Below, piece by piece: positions 37,332 to 47,856 of a stretch of DNA of 64,000 bases (the stretch's first letter is position 1; each line of letters opens with the position of its first letter). A program made the position numbers and the translations under genes. The notes beneath the pieces are model-generated. The model saw nothing but the letters and a program-made list of their open reading frames with translations. It did not search any database and was not told the origin of the DNA. Origin of the DNA: Bacteroidota bacterium (GTDB lineage: Bacteria; Bacteroidota; Bacteroidia; CAILMK01; JAAYUY01); contig JABINZ010000192.1 of assembly GCA_018698135.1 (NCBI GenBank), positions 3,237-67,236 on the forward strand, given 5' to 3'.

Positions 37332-38345
37332 TTAATTCTCATTCGATTGCAGAGATTTGAAACTTACAATCTGATTTTTATCTTCATCCCATAAACGAAG
37401 CCTAAGGCTTTTAAAACTATTCTTTATGGTAATGGGTTTGATATGAAATTCCTCATTTTCGCTCAAGCATTTTTGCAAATAATAGTTGGGTATTTTAGGA
37501 CTTAAATGATGGATATGATGAATGCCTATATTTCCAGTAAACCACTGCAGTATTTTTGGTAATTTAAAATATGAACTTCCTTTTAATGCCATCGTTTTAT
37601 AATCCCAACTTTCTTTACGTTCCCACTGAACATCATCGAATTGGTGTTGGATGTAGAAAAGAGAAACACCTGCTGCTGAAGCAATTAACAAAATGGGCAA
37701 CTCAATAAGAATAAACGCTTTGAATCCAATCATTAGACTTATGCCCACTATAATAGCAGCCATAACAAGATTGATCAGATGAACATTCAGGTGTTCTTTA
37801 ACAGTTCGATCTTTGGATGAAAATCTATTCTGGATGAGAAAAATGAAGAGTCCACCAATAGGAAACATGAGCAAAGGATGACGATAGAATTTATAAAATC
37901 GTCTTTTCGATTTGGGTAACTTCAGATATTCCTTAACCGTAAACGTCTTAACATCTCCTACTCCTCTTTCATCTAAGTTCCCGACAGTTTGATGATGAAT
38001 ATCATGGCTTATTTTCCATTTCCAAAAAGGAGTAAAAAAGAATAAGCCCAATATAGAACCTACTATTTTATTCCATTGTCTGGATTTATAAAAAGATCCG
38101 TGTCCGCAATCATGAAAGATAATGAAAATCCGAACTGAAAAACCAGCTGCTATAAAGGATAGTAGAATGGTTAACCAATACGAAACCGATAAGCTTTGGT
38201 ACATAAAATACCATACGATTAAGAATGGGCCAACTGAATTAACAATTTGCCAAGCGCCTCGCAAGCTACTTGGATGATTATATTTAGAAACGATTTCGTA
38301 CCAGGATAATTTGGTATTGGAATCTTCTTGCACATTGTGTTTCAT
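37332..38345 (-). CDS. Membrane fatty-acid desaturase (acyl-lipid/acyl-CoA desaturase family)
   Basis: 337 aa; three His boxes HDCGH, HDIHH, HHIHH and four TM regions. Confidence 0.85.
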   Translation of the reverse strand: MKHNVQEDSNTKLSWYEIVSKYNHPSSLRGAWQIVNSVGPFLIVWYFMYQSLSVSYWLTILLSFIAAGFSVRIFIIFHDCGHGSFYKSRQWNKIVGSILGLFFFTPFWKWKISHDIHHQTVGNLDERGVGDVKTFTVKEYLKLPKSKRRFYKFYRHPLLMFPIGGLFIFLIQNRFSSKDRTVKEHLNVHLINLVMAAIIVGISLMIGFKAFILIELPILLIASAAGVSLFYIQHQFDDVQWERKESWDYKTMALKGSSYFKLPKILQWFTGNIGIHHIHHLSPKIPNYYLQKCLSENEEFHIKPITIKNSFKSLRLRLWDEDKNQIVSFKSLQSNEN

Positions 38346-38557
38346 TACCTTCCAAAGATAAATAACATTTTATTAATATCATCGTTCTCTAATTAGCTTT
38401 TTGACTATCTGCTGCCTTTAAAAATGTTTAATTTCCGTATTTTTCTTCTGAAAAAAATGCAGCTATTTTTAATTGAATTAAAGGATTACGAAAATTAATG
38501 CATGGACTTCAATAAATTTCTTTCATAATATATCGGTTTAATAAAATTTATCTCAAT

Positions 38558-40576
38558 ATGCCCAAGAAGAAGAAACAGATAGCAAAACAGCCTGAAATTA
38601 AAGTTGAAAAGAAATCACAAAAAAAGCAAACTCTTGCCTTTGTCGATTACAAACACATGGGTTGGGTATTAGGAGGAATTTATTTTATCCTCATGGCTAT
38701 TATCAGCTTCACCTACCATAAAATTGGGGATTACGGAATAGAAACTGACTTTTTCTGGTCATACGTGCCTCAGGCACAAAGCTTTTTGGATGGAACTATT
38801 GAAATTGATAAATACCGAGGACCATTATATCCAATGATTTTGGCACTAGTACAAATAATCACAGGGAATTATTTTTCCGCAGGAATACTCATTGCAGTTC
38901 TATCGTCCAGTATTGTTATATATTTCATTTACAACATACTGCGAAACTTATTCACACCACTGGTTGCATTAATAGCAACTATTCTAATGGCTGTAAACAC
39001 AACCTTTAACTTGTATACCTATTCAGCAGGAACTGATATGTTCTTTTTCCTGATAGCCTCAGCTGCATTGTACTTTCTGCTTCGCAACAAAGAATATAAG
39101 TGGAGTAATTTATTGCTGGCTGGGCTATTTGCTGGATTGGCCTACATTACTCGTTACAATGGTGTGTTTATCGTAATAACAACACTGGCAGTAATACTTT
39201 TTATCAATTTATTTAAAACCACATGGCTTAATCGTATTATTGCTTCTGCTATTTTTATTGGAACCTTTATTATTATTATCACTCCTTGGGGTGTTTATAC
39301 CCACAAAGAAAAAGGCAAAGCTTTTTTCAATCAAAACTATCAGAATGTTGCCTATGAATATTTGGCAAAAGGTGAAATGGGTTGGGACGAATTCTGGTAT
39401 CAAGGCAATCGCGATAAGTACTCTTCGCTAAGTCAAGTTATATTTAAAGAACCAGCTAAATTTTTTAAACAGTATTTCAATAATGGCTTTGATCATTTAG
39501 GAAAAGATTTAAGTAGTTTAATTGGATGGCATATTTCTATTTTCTCACTATTGGGTTTACTCCTATTGTTTTCAAAACCACCTAATAAACAACAATGGTC
39601 TTATTATTTAGCCAGTTTACTATTTTTTGCTGTGCTATTACTGGTTTTTTATAGCGAGCGATTTTCTCTATTTCTGATTCCATTCTATACAGTTTTTGCT
39701 GTGAATTTTTTGTTTGCTGAAAACAAGTTTCTTAAAGACAAAATTGTTAAGTCGAATGTTTTAATAATCCTACTTTCAGGAATATTAATCATCTGGACCT
39801 TTTCAAACTCCTACACATACAACAGTGAAAATATAAATTCAGGTGATAAAAACTTGCTAAAACTAAAAGAGCAATTCGACAAAGCAGAACCTATTGAAAC
39901 AAGAGGTGATAAAATTATGGCCAGAAAGGGGCATATTGCCTATTATTTAGGTTTGGAAAAACCATGGGTGCCCAATGCGTCTGACTACAATGAACAATTA
40001 GCTTTGATTTTGCGAAGTGGAGTCGATTATGTATCTTATGGAGTTTGGGAAATGGGCCGAGGACTTAACTTTTTGCAAGATCCTAACAATCTCCCACCAC
40101 ACTTTGAGTTGGTTGCCTATTCAAATCAAAAGAACAAAGTCATTACACAAAAAGAAGAGGGCAATCAAACCTATAAAATTGAGGTTAAAAAAAGACAAGA
40201 ATTTGGTTTGATTTACAAAATAAAAATTGATTCGGCTGAAGCACAAATTGTAAAAGCAGGCGATTGGATGAACGAACACTTCCCTTTTAAAGATCACCCT
40301 GAAGTAAAGGAAGAAAAAATTATGGCCGCCATGCCACTAATCGGATATTATATCAACCGTACATTTGTGGAATTCGCTCCATCTGAAGCTCAATTTTTAG
40401 TAGCGGATTTAAAGCAAAAAGGGATAAAATATCTATATTTTGGCAAGCACGAAGCATCACGATATTTGAATCTGGCCTTTTTATTAAATCCAGATATGGC
40501 ACCACAAGGTTTGACTCCTATTTTAGATTTGTCCGCAAACTCACAGTATCCGGCCATACTGTATGAAGTGAAATAA
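38558..40576 (+). CDS. GT-C fold glycosyltransferase, family 39/83-like (ArnT/PMT-like) with C-terminal soluble domain
   Basis: 672 aa; >10 predicted TM helices in the first ~400 aa resembling ArnT/PMT topology, basic N-terminus, C-terminal ~270-aa soluble domain. Confidence 0.55.
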   Translation: MPKKKKQIAKQPEIKVEKKSQKKQTLAFVDYKHMGWVLGGIYFILMAIISFTYHKIGDYGIETDFFWSYVPQAQSFLDGTIEIDKYRGPLYPMILALVQIITGNYFSAGILIAVLSSSIVIYFIYNILRNLFTPLVALIATILMAVNTTFNLYTYSAGTDMFFFLIASAALYFLLRNKEYKWSNLLLAGLFAGLAYITRYNGVFIVITTLAVILFINLFKTTWLNRIIASAIFIGTFIIIITPWGVYTHKEKGKAFFNQNYQNVAYEYLAKGEMGWDEFWYQGNRDKYSSLSQVIFKEPAKFFKQYFNNGFDHLGKDLSSLIGWHISIFSLLGLLLLFSKPPNKQQWSYYLASLLFFAVLLLVFYSERFSLFLIPFYTVFAVNFLFAENKFLKDKIVKSNVLIILLSGILIIWTFSNSYTYNSENINSGDKNLLKLKEQFDKAEPIETRGDKIMARKGHIAYYLGLEKPWVPNASDYNEQLALILRSGVDYVSYGVWEMGRGLNFLQDPNNLPPHFELVAYSNQKNKVITQKEEGNQTYKIEVKKRQEFGLIYKIKIDSAEAQIVKAGDWMNEHFPFKDHPEVKEEKIMAAMPLIGYYINRTFVEFAPSEAQFLVADLKQKGIKYLYFGKHEASRYLNLAFLLNPDMAPQGLTPILDLSANSQYPAILYEVK

Positions 40577-40587
40577 TTCCTTGCTTC

Positions 40588-43053
40588 ATGGCAAAATCAG
40601 AAAACCAAAACATCCACTTATTTGCAGAAATTATTTTGCCATTTCCGTTGCATAAATCATTTACGTATAGAATTCCTCTTGAATTTCAAGATCAAGTTGA
40701 AATAGGCAAACGAGTTTTAGTACAATTTGGGAAAAAGAAAATTTACACCGGCATTGTACTTGAGATGCACAACCTACAACCCGATACATATAAAGCCAAA
40801 GACCTTTTGGACGTGTTGGATGAACATGCTGTTGTTAACGATTCTCAAATTAAACTTTGGAAATGGATTGCGCAGTATTACTGTTGTTCATTGGGCGAGG
40901 TAATGAACACAGCCTTACCCGCCAGCATGAAAATGGAAAGTGAAAGTCGTGTAATACTTAATTATGACTTTGATGGAAACATTGATTATTTGCACGAATA
41001 CGAAAAGATAATTGTTGAAAGTCTGCGAAAGCAAGAGGAACTGTCGGTTGTCGAATTGGAGCAAATACTTCAGATTAAAAATGCTTTTCCTTATTTAAAA
41101 TCACTTTACAATCAGGGTGTTATTTTCTTCCGTGAAGAAGTGCTTACAGCATACAAACCTAAACTGGAAACTGTTTTAGAATTACATCAGGATTTTTCGA
41201 CAAAAGAAGCCTTAAAAGCATTGTTTTCAACACTATCTGCCGCACCAAAACAATTGAATTTACTTTTGGCTTACCAACAAATCTCACAATCGTTTCCGCT
41301 GGTTATTAAACGAGATGTCCTTAATAAGGCCGAAGTATCAACAGCCATCGCTACAGCATTAATAAAAAAAGGAATCTTTGTTGAAAAAAAGATCAATATT
41401 GATCGGATTGAAACATTCATTCAAGAAAAAGAAGATTTTGAACTGAAAGATTTCCAGCAGCAAGCATTTGATGAGATTAAACTGAATCAGAAAAGTCAGG
41501 ATGTAGTTTTACTTCATGGAATAACCAGTTCAGGAAAAACACATGTTTATCTAAAACTAATTGAAGAAATAATTGAGCAAGGAAAACAGGTACTATATTT
41601 AGTTCCTGAAATAGCATTATCAGCTCAATTAATCAGAAAACTACGAGCTTATTTTGGTTCTGAAGTTGGTATATATCATTCCAAATTCTCCGCCAACGAG
41701 CGTTATGAAATATGGCATAAAACACTAAACAAAGAATACAAAGTAGTATTAGGAGTTCGTTCAGCATTATTTTTACCTTTCCAGAATTTAGGATTGGTGG
41801 TAGTTGATGAAGAACATGAAAACACCTATAAGCAACAACATCCTGCTCCAAGATATCAGGCACGGGATACAGCCATTGTATTGGCCAATTTACATGGAGC
41901 TAAAACCATTTTAGGTAGCGCCACTCCTTCTTTTGAAAGTTATTACAATGCGGCTAAGAAGAAATTTGGACTGGTTACAATGAATAAGCGCTATAGCGAA
42001 GTAACACCACCCGAAGTTTTAATTAGTAATTTAGCTGAAGATCAAAAAAGAAAAAGATTAAAAGGACAGCTAACCAGTCTTTTATACGAAGAATGTGTAA
42101 AGACTTTAGAACAAGGCGATCAGATAATATTATTTATCAATAGAAGAGGTTATGCACCCTACTTAGAATGCCAAACATGCGGTTGGATTCCTTATTGTAC
42201 GAATTGCGATATCAGCATGACCTATCATAAATACAGTCATCGGGTAAATTGTCATTACTGTGGAAGCAAACAGAAAGTTCCAAATACTTGTATTCAATGT
42301 GGTAATTCATCAATGTTGATGAAAGGTTTTGGTACCGAAAAAGTAGAAGATGATATTGAAATCATTTTTCCTGATTATCAAGTCATGCGAATGGACATGG
42401 ATACGACCAGGAGCAAAAAGGCTTTTGATACCATGATAAGAAGTTTTGAAAAGGGTGAATATCAAATTTTGATCGGCACACAAATGGTTACCAAAGGATT
42501 AGATTTCGAAAAAGTTAAACTGGTTGGTATTTTGAATGCAGATCAAATGTTAAGCTTTCCTGATTTCAGAGCAGTGGAAAGAAGCTATCAGCTTATGTCG
42601 CAAGTTAGTGGACGTTCTGGAAGAAGAGAAGACAGAGGCAGGGTTGTTATTCAAAGTATGAATCCAGCGAATAAAATTTTTGACTTTTTAAAAGAACATA
42701 ATTATTCTGGTTTTTTCAAAGAATATTTACCTGAGCGCGATGAATTTAATTATCCTCCATTTAAGAAACTGATCAAATTAACACTTAAAAACAGAGATAA
42801 CAATCTTTTACTTGAAGGAAGTCAGTTATTAGGAAGTCGATTAAAGCGAATAGTCGGAAACAAAATGTTAGGGCCTGAGGCGCCATTGGTTTCCAGAATA
42901 AGAAGTGAATACATTCAGGAAATTATTATTAAGCTCAATAGAAATAATAATATTCCTCAAATCAAAAATGAAATAATGGATGAATTGGCTTCTTTTAGCT
43001 TTATCCCCAAGTATCGTAGAATAAAGATTATTGTTGATGTCGATCCGTTTTAG
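40588..43053 (+). CDS. priA: Primosomal protein N' (replication restart helicase PriA)
   Basis: 821 aa; Walker A GITSSGKT, DEEH box VVVDEEHE, Cys4-type zinc-binding region (CQTCGW..C.NCD...CHYCG...C.QCG). Confidence 0.9.
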   Translation: MAKSENQNIHLFAEIILPFPLHKSFTYRIPLEFQDQVEIGKRVLVQFGKKKIYTGIVLEMHNLQPDTYKAKDLLDVLDEHAVVNDSQIKLWKWIAQYYCCSLGEVMNTALPASMKMESESRVILNYDFDGNIDYLHEYEKIIVESLRKQEELSVVELEQILQIKNAFPYLKSLYNQGVIFFREEVLTAYKPKLETVLELHQDFSTKEALKALFSTLSAAPKQLNLLLAYQQISQSFPLVIKRDVLNKAEVSTAIATALIKKGIFVEKKINIDRIETFIQEKEDFELKDFQQQAFDEIKLNQKSQDVVLLHGITSSGKTHVYLKLIEEIIEQGKQVLYLVPEIALSAQLIRKLRAYFGSEVGIYHSKFSANERYEIWHKTLNKEYKVVLGVRSALFLPFQNLGLVVVDEEHENTYKQQHPAPRYQARDTAIVLANLHGAKTILGSATPSFESYYNAAKKKFGLVTMNKRYSEVTPPEVLISNLAEDQKRKRLKGQLTSLLYEECVKTLEQGDQIILFINRRGYAPYLECQTCGWIPYCTNCDISMTYHKYSHRVNCHYCGSKQKVPNTCIQCGNSSMLMKGFGTEKVEDDIEIIFPDYQVMRMDMDTTRSKKAFDTMIRSFEKGEYQILIGTQMVTKGLDFEKVKLVGILNADQMLSFPDFRAVERSYQLMSQVSGRSGRREDRGRVVIQSMNPANKIFDFLKEHNYSGFFKEYLPERDEFNYPPFKKLIKLTLKNRDNNLLLEGSQLLGSRLKRIVGNKMLGPEAPLVSRIRSEYIQEIIIKLNRNNNIPQIKNEIMDELASFSFIPKYRRIKIIVDVDPF

Positions 43054-43281
43054 ATTTAAACTAAAATGCCTTGCAATTAGCTTAGGCAATAAAATATGGA
43101 TTTCTCAGGAAGTATAATACGGAGAACTTATTATCTTAAGTCAGTTCAACAACTCCAAATCACCAGCCTTCTTTATTTACTTTCAACTGAATTTAATTTC
43201 CATATTGTACATTAAAACATAATCCTTATTTTTGCCTCGCATTTTAAAACAGCAAACAAGCAATATCTAATTAAAAACATT

Positions 43282-43677
43282 ATGGGTAAAGGTGATCCTA
43301 AAACAAAAAGAGGTAAAATTTTCAAAGGTAGTTTTGGCAAACATCGTTTAGCAAGAAAGCCAAAAGAAGAGGTAATCGTTGTCAAAAAGAAAGAGAAAGT
43401 TGTCGAGGAAGTTATTGAAAAAGAGGTTATTGAGGTAGTTAAGGAAAAGAAAGCTCCTGTAAAAAAAGCAGCACCTAAAAAGGAAACCACTGAAAAAGTT
43501 GAGCCCAAAGCAGAAAAAGCAGCAGAAGTAGAAAAAGCCCCTGCTAAGAAAGCTCCTGCAAAAAAAGCTGAGCCAAAAGCTGAAAAAGAGGAGAAAGCTT
43601 CTGTAAAGAAAGCAGCAGCAAAAAAAGCTCCTGCTAAAAAAGCTGCAGCGAAGAAAGAAGATAAAAAAGAAGAATAA
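43282..43677 (+). CDS. 30S ribosomal protein THX with a long K/A/P/E-rich histone-H1-like C-terminal extension
   Basis: N-terminus MGKGDPKTKRGKIFKGSFGK matches THX; the remaining ~100 aa are AKKA/PAKK low-complexity repeats. Confidence 0.7.
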   Translation: MGKGDPKTKRGKIFKGSFGKHRLARKPKEEVIVVKKKEKVVEEVIEKEVIEVVKEKKAPVKKAAPKKETTEKVEPKAEKAAEVEKAPAKKAPAKKAEPKAEKEEKASVKKAAAKKAPAKKAAAKKEDKKEE

Positions 43678-43694
43678 TACTTTTGATATAAATT

Positions 43695-43729
43695 AAAGCC
43701 CTTTTCCAATTTGGTTTAGGGCTTTTTTA
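43695..43729. terminator. Bidirectional rho-independent terminator (aaagccc-ttttccaatttggttta-gggcttttttt)
   Basis: 7-bp GC-containing stem with T-run on the + side and an A-run equivalent on the - side; lies between convergent THX and the 43727 gene. Confidence 0.55.
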
Positions 43730-43969
43730 CTTTAATAATTTTCCAACAATTGTTAATCTCTCAAATACTTGTATAGTATGCGGGGCATCTTTTAATTCAT
43801 CGGTCAAATCCTGTCCTGCCCAGTGTTCATAATGAAAGCCTTTCTTCCAATACCTGCTTTGGCTTGCATCATATATCAACGATTTAAAAGCCAGCCAAAT
43901 TTCATCCATATCCTGTCCATTACGCAATGCTAATTCACCTCGAGTATATTCAGGAATCACACTCATCAC
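43727..43969 (-). CDS. Small conserved hypothetical protein, likely co-transcribed with asd (4-bp overlap)
   Basis: 80 aa; no recognisable motif; stop/start overlap with asd. Confidence 0.35.
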   Translation of the reverse strand: MMSVIPEYTRGELALRNGQDMDEIWLAFKSLIYDASQSRYWKKGFHYEHWAGQDLTDELKDAPHTIQVFERLTIVGKLLK

Positions 43970-44958
43970 GAAACGATTTTATTGTTTAACAAGTATTCTA
44001 AAATTTGTACAGCATTCGTAGCTGCTCCTTTTCGCACATTATCAGAAACAATCCACAAATTCAAGGTTTTGGGCTGACATAAATCTAGCCTGATTCTACC
44101 CACAAATATGTCGTCTTTTTCATAAGCATTAACAGGCATTGGGTAAATGTTATGCTGAACGTCATCCTCAACAACAATTCCGTCAGTTGAAGACAACAAT
44201 CTGCTTACATCTTCCAATTTGAATTCCTTTTCAAATTCAATAGTCACACTTTCAGAATGACCACCAATAACAGGGACACGAACAACTGTACTGGTTAAAT
44301 TTAATTCTGGGATACCAAGTATTTTCCTGGATTCATCCAGTAATTTCATTTCTTCAGAAGTGTAACCATTTTCAAGAAAATCACCTCCATGAGGCAATAC
44401 ATTCAGATCGATTTGATGAGGGTATATTTTAAATTCAAAATCGCCTTCTCGTTCTCTCATCAATTGATTAATCCCATTGATGCCAGATCCGGAAACAGAC
44501 TGATAGGTTGAAACAACCACTCTTTTCAATTGAAAAGCAATGTGTAGTGGATTTAAAACAGCCACTAGTTGTATTGTTGAACAGTTTGGATTAGCGATTA
44601 TTTTATGACTACTTGTAATTGTATAGCCATTTATTTCAGGTACAACCAAAGGAATATTTTCATGCATGCGCCAACAAGATGAATTATCAATAACATAACA
44701 TCCAGAATCTGCGAATTTCACAGCCCAGTCTTTAGAAGCTGCTCCACCAGCTGAAAACAAAGCAATATCAGGTTTTTGGTTCAAAACATCTTGAACACTA
44801 ATTAATTCGTACTTCTTTCCCTCTACAAAAATCTCATCTCCAATTGAGGAGTCTGATGCTGCAACCAAAAGATGGTCATATTGAATCCCTCTTTCATGGA
44901 TAATTTGAAGCATTTTCTGCCCTACTATTCCTTTTGCACCTATTACAGCTAATCTCAT
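43966..44958 (-). CDS. asd: Aspartate-semialdehyde dehydrogenase (start placed at the internal Met 'MRLAVIGAKG')
   Basis: N-terminal Rossmann VIGAKGIVGQ, active-site Cys block IANPNCSTIQ. Confidence 0.9.
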   Translation of the reverse strand: MRLAVIGAKGIVGQKMLQIIHERGIQYDHLLVAASDSSIGDEIFVEGKKYELISVQDVLNQKPDIALFSAGGAASKDWAVKFADSGCYVIDNSSCWRMHENIPLVVPEINGYTITSSHKIIANPNCSTIQLVAVLNPLHIAFQLKRVVVSTYQSVSGSGINGINQLMREREGDFEFKIYPHQIDLNVLPHGGDFLENGYTSEEMKLLDESRKILGIPELNLTSTVVRVPVIGGHSESVTIEFEKEFKLEDVSRLLSSTDGIVVEDDVQHNIYPMPVNAYEKDDIFVGRIRLDLCQPKTLNLWIVSDNVRKGAATNAVQILEYLLNNKIVS

Positions 44959-45091
44959 ATCTGCTAATTTATATTCAAAAATAAGCAGCACAAACCTAAC
45001 GACAAATTTGTTTTCCTACAGATACTTCATACAAGCCAAATCAAGAATATGTATTTTTGAAGAATAAACTTTCTCTATTACAAATATTTCT

Positions 45092-47689
45092 ATGCAAAAA
45101 GTATTGATTCTTTTCACATTATTTATCCCGCTGATCGGTTACACTCAATTAATTGATGATTTTGAAGATGGTGATTTCAGTTCAAATCCAACATGGACAG
45201 GAAACACTGGCAGTTTTATTATCAATGGTGATAATCAGCTGCAGCTAGATACCATCGGAAGTGCTACAAAATTTCTTCTCACTGCAAATAATAGCATTAC
45301 CGATACAGAATGGAATTTCTGGTGCAAATTAAATTTCGATCCATCAGCAAACAATCAACTTAAAGTGTATCTGGCTTCAGATAAGCAGGATTTCACAAAA
45401 GCCCTGAATGGTTATTTTATAAATATTGGTGAAAATTTAGCGCAGGATGGAATCGATTTATACAAACAAGAAGGCTTAACAGAAACCCTATTAATTGCTG
45501 GGATAAATGGTCATGCCGCTAAAAAACCTGAAATACGGATTAAAGTCCTGCATAAAAAAGATGGGATGTGGGAATTGTATGTTGATACTTTAGGAAACAA
45601 GAATTTTGTTTTGGAAGGATCTGCTATTGATACAGCAATCAAAACCTCAAACTATTTTGGTGTTTACTGTAAATACACGTCAAGCAATGCCAATGATTTT
45701 TATTTCGATGATTTCTATATAGGTGGAGAGCAAATAGATACGATTGGCCCAAAGGCCGTTGAAACAGATTTTCTAACAAAATCGACATTTCAAATTCAGT
45801 TTGATGAAGATTTCTTGACGGATTCCGTAGATGTATCTGATTTCTCGCTGATTGCTCTTACATCTCCGACTTACACCGCTTATCTAATTACTCATGTTCA
45901 GATTCTAAACTCAAAAACTCTTTTGCTTGATATTAGCCCTGAAACTTTTCTCTCATACATCCCAATAATGTTTTCCTATAAAATATATGACAAGATTGGT
46001 AACTTAAATTCATCAGGAGGAATTAGAATTTTCAACGGCCTAAACTTTAAAGACATTGTAATCAATGAGATTATGCCCGATCCCTCACCAGCAAATAAAT
46101 TACCTGAGGCTGAATTTATTGAGTTAGATAATATTACTAATAGCACAATAAATTTAGAAGATTTCATTATTTCTGATCAGTCAAAGCAAACAGTTTTACC
46201 TGATTTTAAACTTGAGCCAGATAAATATGTAATTCTGTGCAATCATCAAGACACTTCACTTTTTAGTCCATTTGGTGAAGTTATTGGCATCTCTCTTCCA
46301 TCCTTAAACAATACGTCAGACATAATTACTTTAAGAGATAAGTATGAAACCTTGGTTGATTCAATTAGCTACAGTGACAACTGGTATAAAGATGATATCA
46401 AAAAAGAGGGTGGTTGGTCTTTGGAATTGATTAATCCGAAAGAGAATTGTCTTTTTGATAAGTATAATTGGACAGCAAGCATTGATAAAAATGGAGGGAC
46501 ACCTGGAGATGAAAATTCAAATTATGATCAAACATTTGGATTCAATCCTCCACAAATTGTTACGCTTTCTACTATTTCAGATTGTGTAGTTCAAATTACT
46601 GCCAATAAAAAACTTCGCGATATTGACGACATATCATTAACGACCTGTCATATTACATCACTGACAAATATTCAGGAAAACATAAATTTCATTTCAAAAT
46701 CACAACCAGCAACCAATACATATGAATTTACTTGCAATAAAACATTGGAGAAGAACAGTATTTATCATATTCAAATAGCACATTTAATGGATTGCAATAA
46801 CTACATGACTGTGGTTGACACGCAATTAGCCATTCCTGTTAATGCTGATAGTGCCAATTTGGTTATTAATGAGATTCTTTTCAATCCATACCCAAATAGT
46901 TATGATTTTGTTGAAATTTACAATCGTTCAAAAAATATTATTGACCTAAAAACAATCAAGATTGCTTCCTTTGATGACAGCATGCAAATCAAAAATGTAA
47001 ATTCAATCAGTGCGAAAACAAAAATTCTTTATCCAGAAGAATATTTAGTCATCTCTGAAAACACATCAGATATTGAATCACAGTATTTGTGTAAATATCC
47101 TGATCGATTATTCCAAACAAAACTTCCATCCTTTTCAGATGATGAAGGAATTGTAGCCTTACTGGATCAAAACAATCAGGTCATTGATATGTTTCATTAT
47201 TCCAGTGATATGCATTTTGCTTTATTGGATGATGATGAAGGCGTGAGTATGGAACGAGTTAGTTTTGAAGAGAAAACAGCCAATCCCTCGAATTGGCATT
47301 CAGCAGCTTCATCCTATGGATATGCAACACCTACTTATCAAAACTCTCAGTTCAGCGAAACAAGTGTTGGAGAAAAAGAACTCTGGCTCGAACCAAAAGT
47401 TTTTTCACCTGATGGAGATGGTTACAATGATGTATTATTTATTAATTATGCATTTCAAAATGCAGATAATTTTGGCCGCATTCGCATTTACGATATTGGT
47501 GGACGATTAATTAAAACTCTGGTCAATAACGATTTATTTGGTTTGGATGGTTTTTATAGCTGGGATGGCATTAATGATCATGGAGAATTGTCGCCATCAG
47601 GCGTTTATATTATTGTAGCCGAAATCAATAATTTAGACGGCAGCACATTTAAATATAAACGGACTTGCACATTAGCTAAGTTTCAATAA
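45092..47689 (+). CDS. Large secreted protein with two lamin-tail domains (LTD) and a T9SS type-B (CHU_C-like) C-terminal domain
   Basis: 865 aa; signal peptide; LTD motifs VINEIMPDPSPANKLPEAEFIEL.N and VINEILFNPYPNSYDFVEIYN; C-terminal FSPDGDGYNDVLFI type-B sorting motif. Confidence 0.7.
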   Translation: MQKVLILFTLFIPLIGYTQLIDDFEDGDFSSNPTWTGNTGSFIINGDNQLQLDTIGSATKFLLTANNSITDTEWNFWCKLNFDPSANNQLKVYLASDKQDFTKALNGYFINIGENLAQDGIDLYKQEGLTETLLIAGINGHAAKKPEIRIKVLHKKDGMWELYVDTLGNKNFVLEGSAIDTAIKTSNYFGVYCKYTSSNANDFYFDDFYIGGEQIDTIGPKAVETDFLTKSTFQIQFDEDFLTDSVDVSDFSLIALTSPTYTAYLITHVQILNSKTLLLDISPETFLSYIPIMFSYKIYDKIGNLNSSGGIRIFNGLNFKDIVINEIMPDPSPANKLPEAEFIELDNITNSTINLEDFIISDQSKQTVLPDFKLEPDKYVILCNHQDTSLFSPFGEVIGISLPSLNNTSDIITLRDKYETLVDSISYSDNWYKDDIKKEGGWSLELINPKENCLFDKYNWTASIDKNGGTPGDENSNYDQTFGFNPPQIVTLSTISDCVVQITANKKLRDIDDISLTTCHITSLTNIQENINFISKSQPATNTYEFTCNKTLEKNSIYHIQIAHLMDCNNYMTVVDTQLAIPVNADSANLVINEILFNPYPNSYDFVEIYNRSKNIIDLKTIKIASFDDSMQIKNVNSISAKTKILYPEEYLVISENTSDIESQYLCKYPDRLFQTKLPSFSDDEGIVALLDQNNQVIDMFHYSSDMHFALLDDDEGVSMERVSFEEKTANPSNWHSAASSYGYATPTYQNSQFSETSVGEKELWLEPKVFSPDGDGYNDVLFINYAFQNADNFGRIRIYDIGGRLIKTLVNNDLFGLDGFYSWDGINDHGELSPSGVYIIVAEINNLDGSTFKYKRTCTLAKFQ

Positions 47690-47697
47690 AAAAAATC

Positions 47698-47856
47698 TTA
47701 ACTAGCCAACATTGTTTCAACACCTTCTGAATGTGATTCAATATCAATTAGGGTTTTAATATAAGCTGAAATATTTCCAGATGTCATGAATGAGATTGCT
47801 TGTTCTCTTTTTTCGCGAATAATTCTTTCGAGTTCAATTCTTCTTTGCTTTTTCAT
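47698..47856 (-). CDS. Possible small ORF (52 aa, MKKQRRIELERIIREKREQAISFMTSGNISAYIKTLIDIESHSEGVETMLAS), below the 60-aa ORF-track cutoff
   Basis: Hand-translated from the minus strand; charged N-terminus; no homology assessable. Confidence 0.2.
   Translation of the reverse strand: MKKQRRIELERIIREKREQAISFMTSGNISAYIKTLIDIESHSEGVETMLAS

Noticed and set aside
43212-43709. 165-aa minus-strand ORF antisense to the THX gene
   Set aside because: Entirely low-complexity (A/F/S/T-rich) mirror image of the K/A-rich THX tail repeats; an artefact of the repeat, not a gene.
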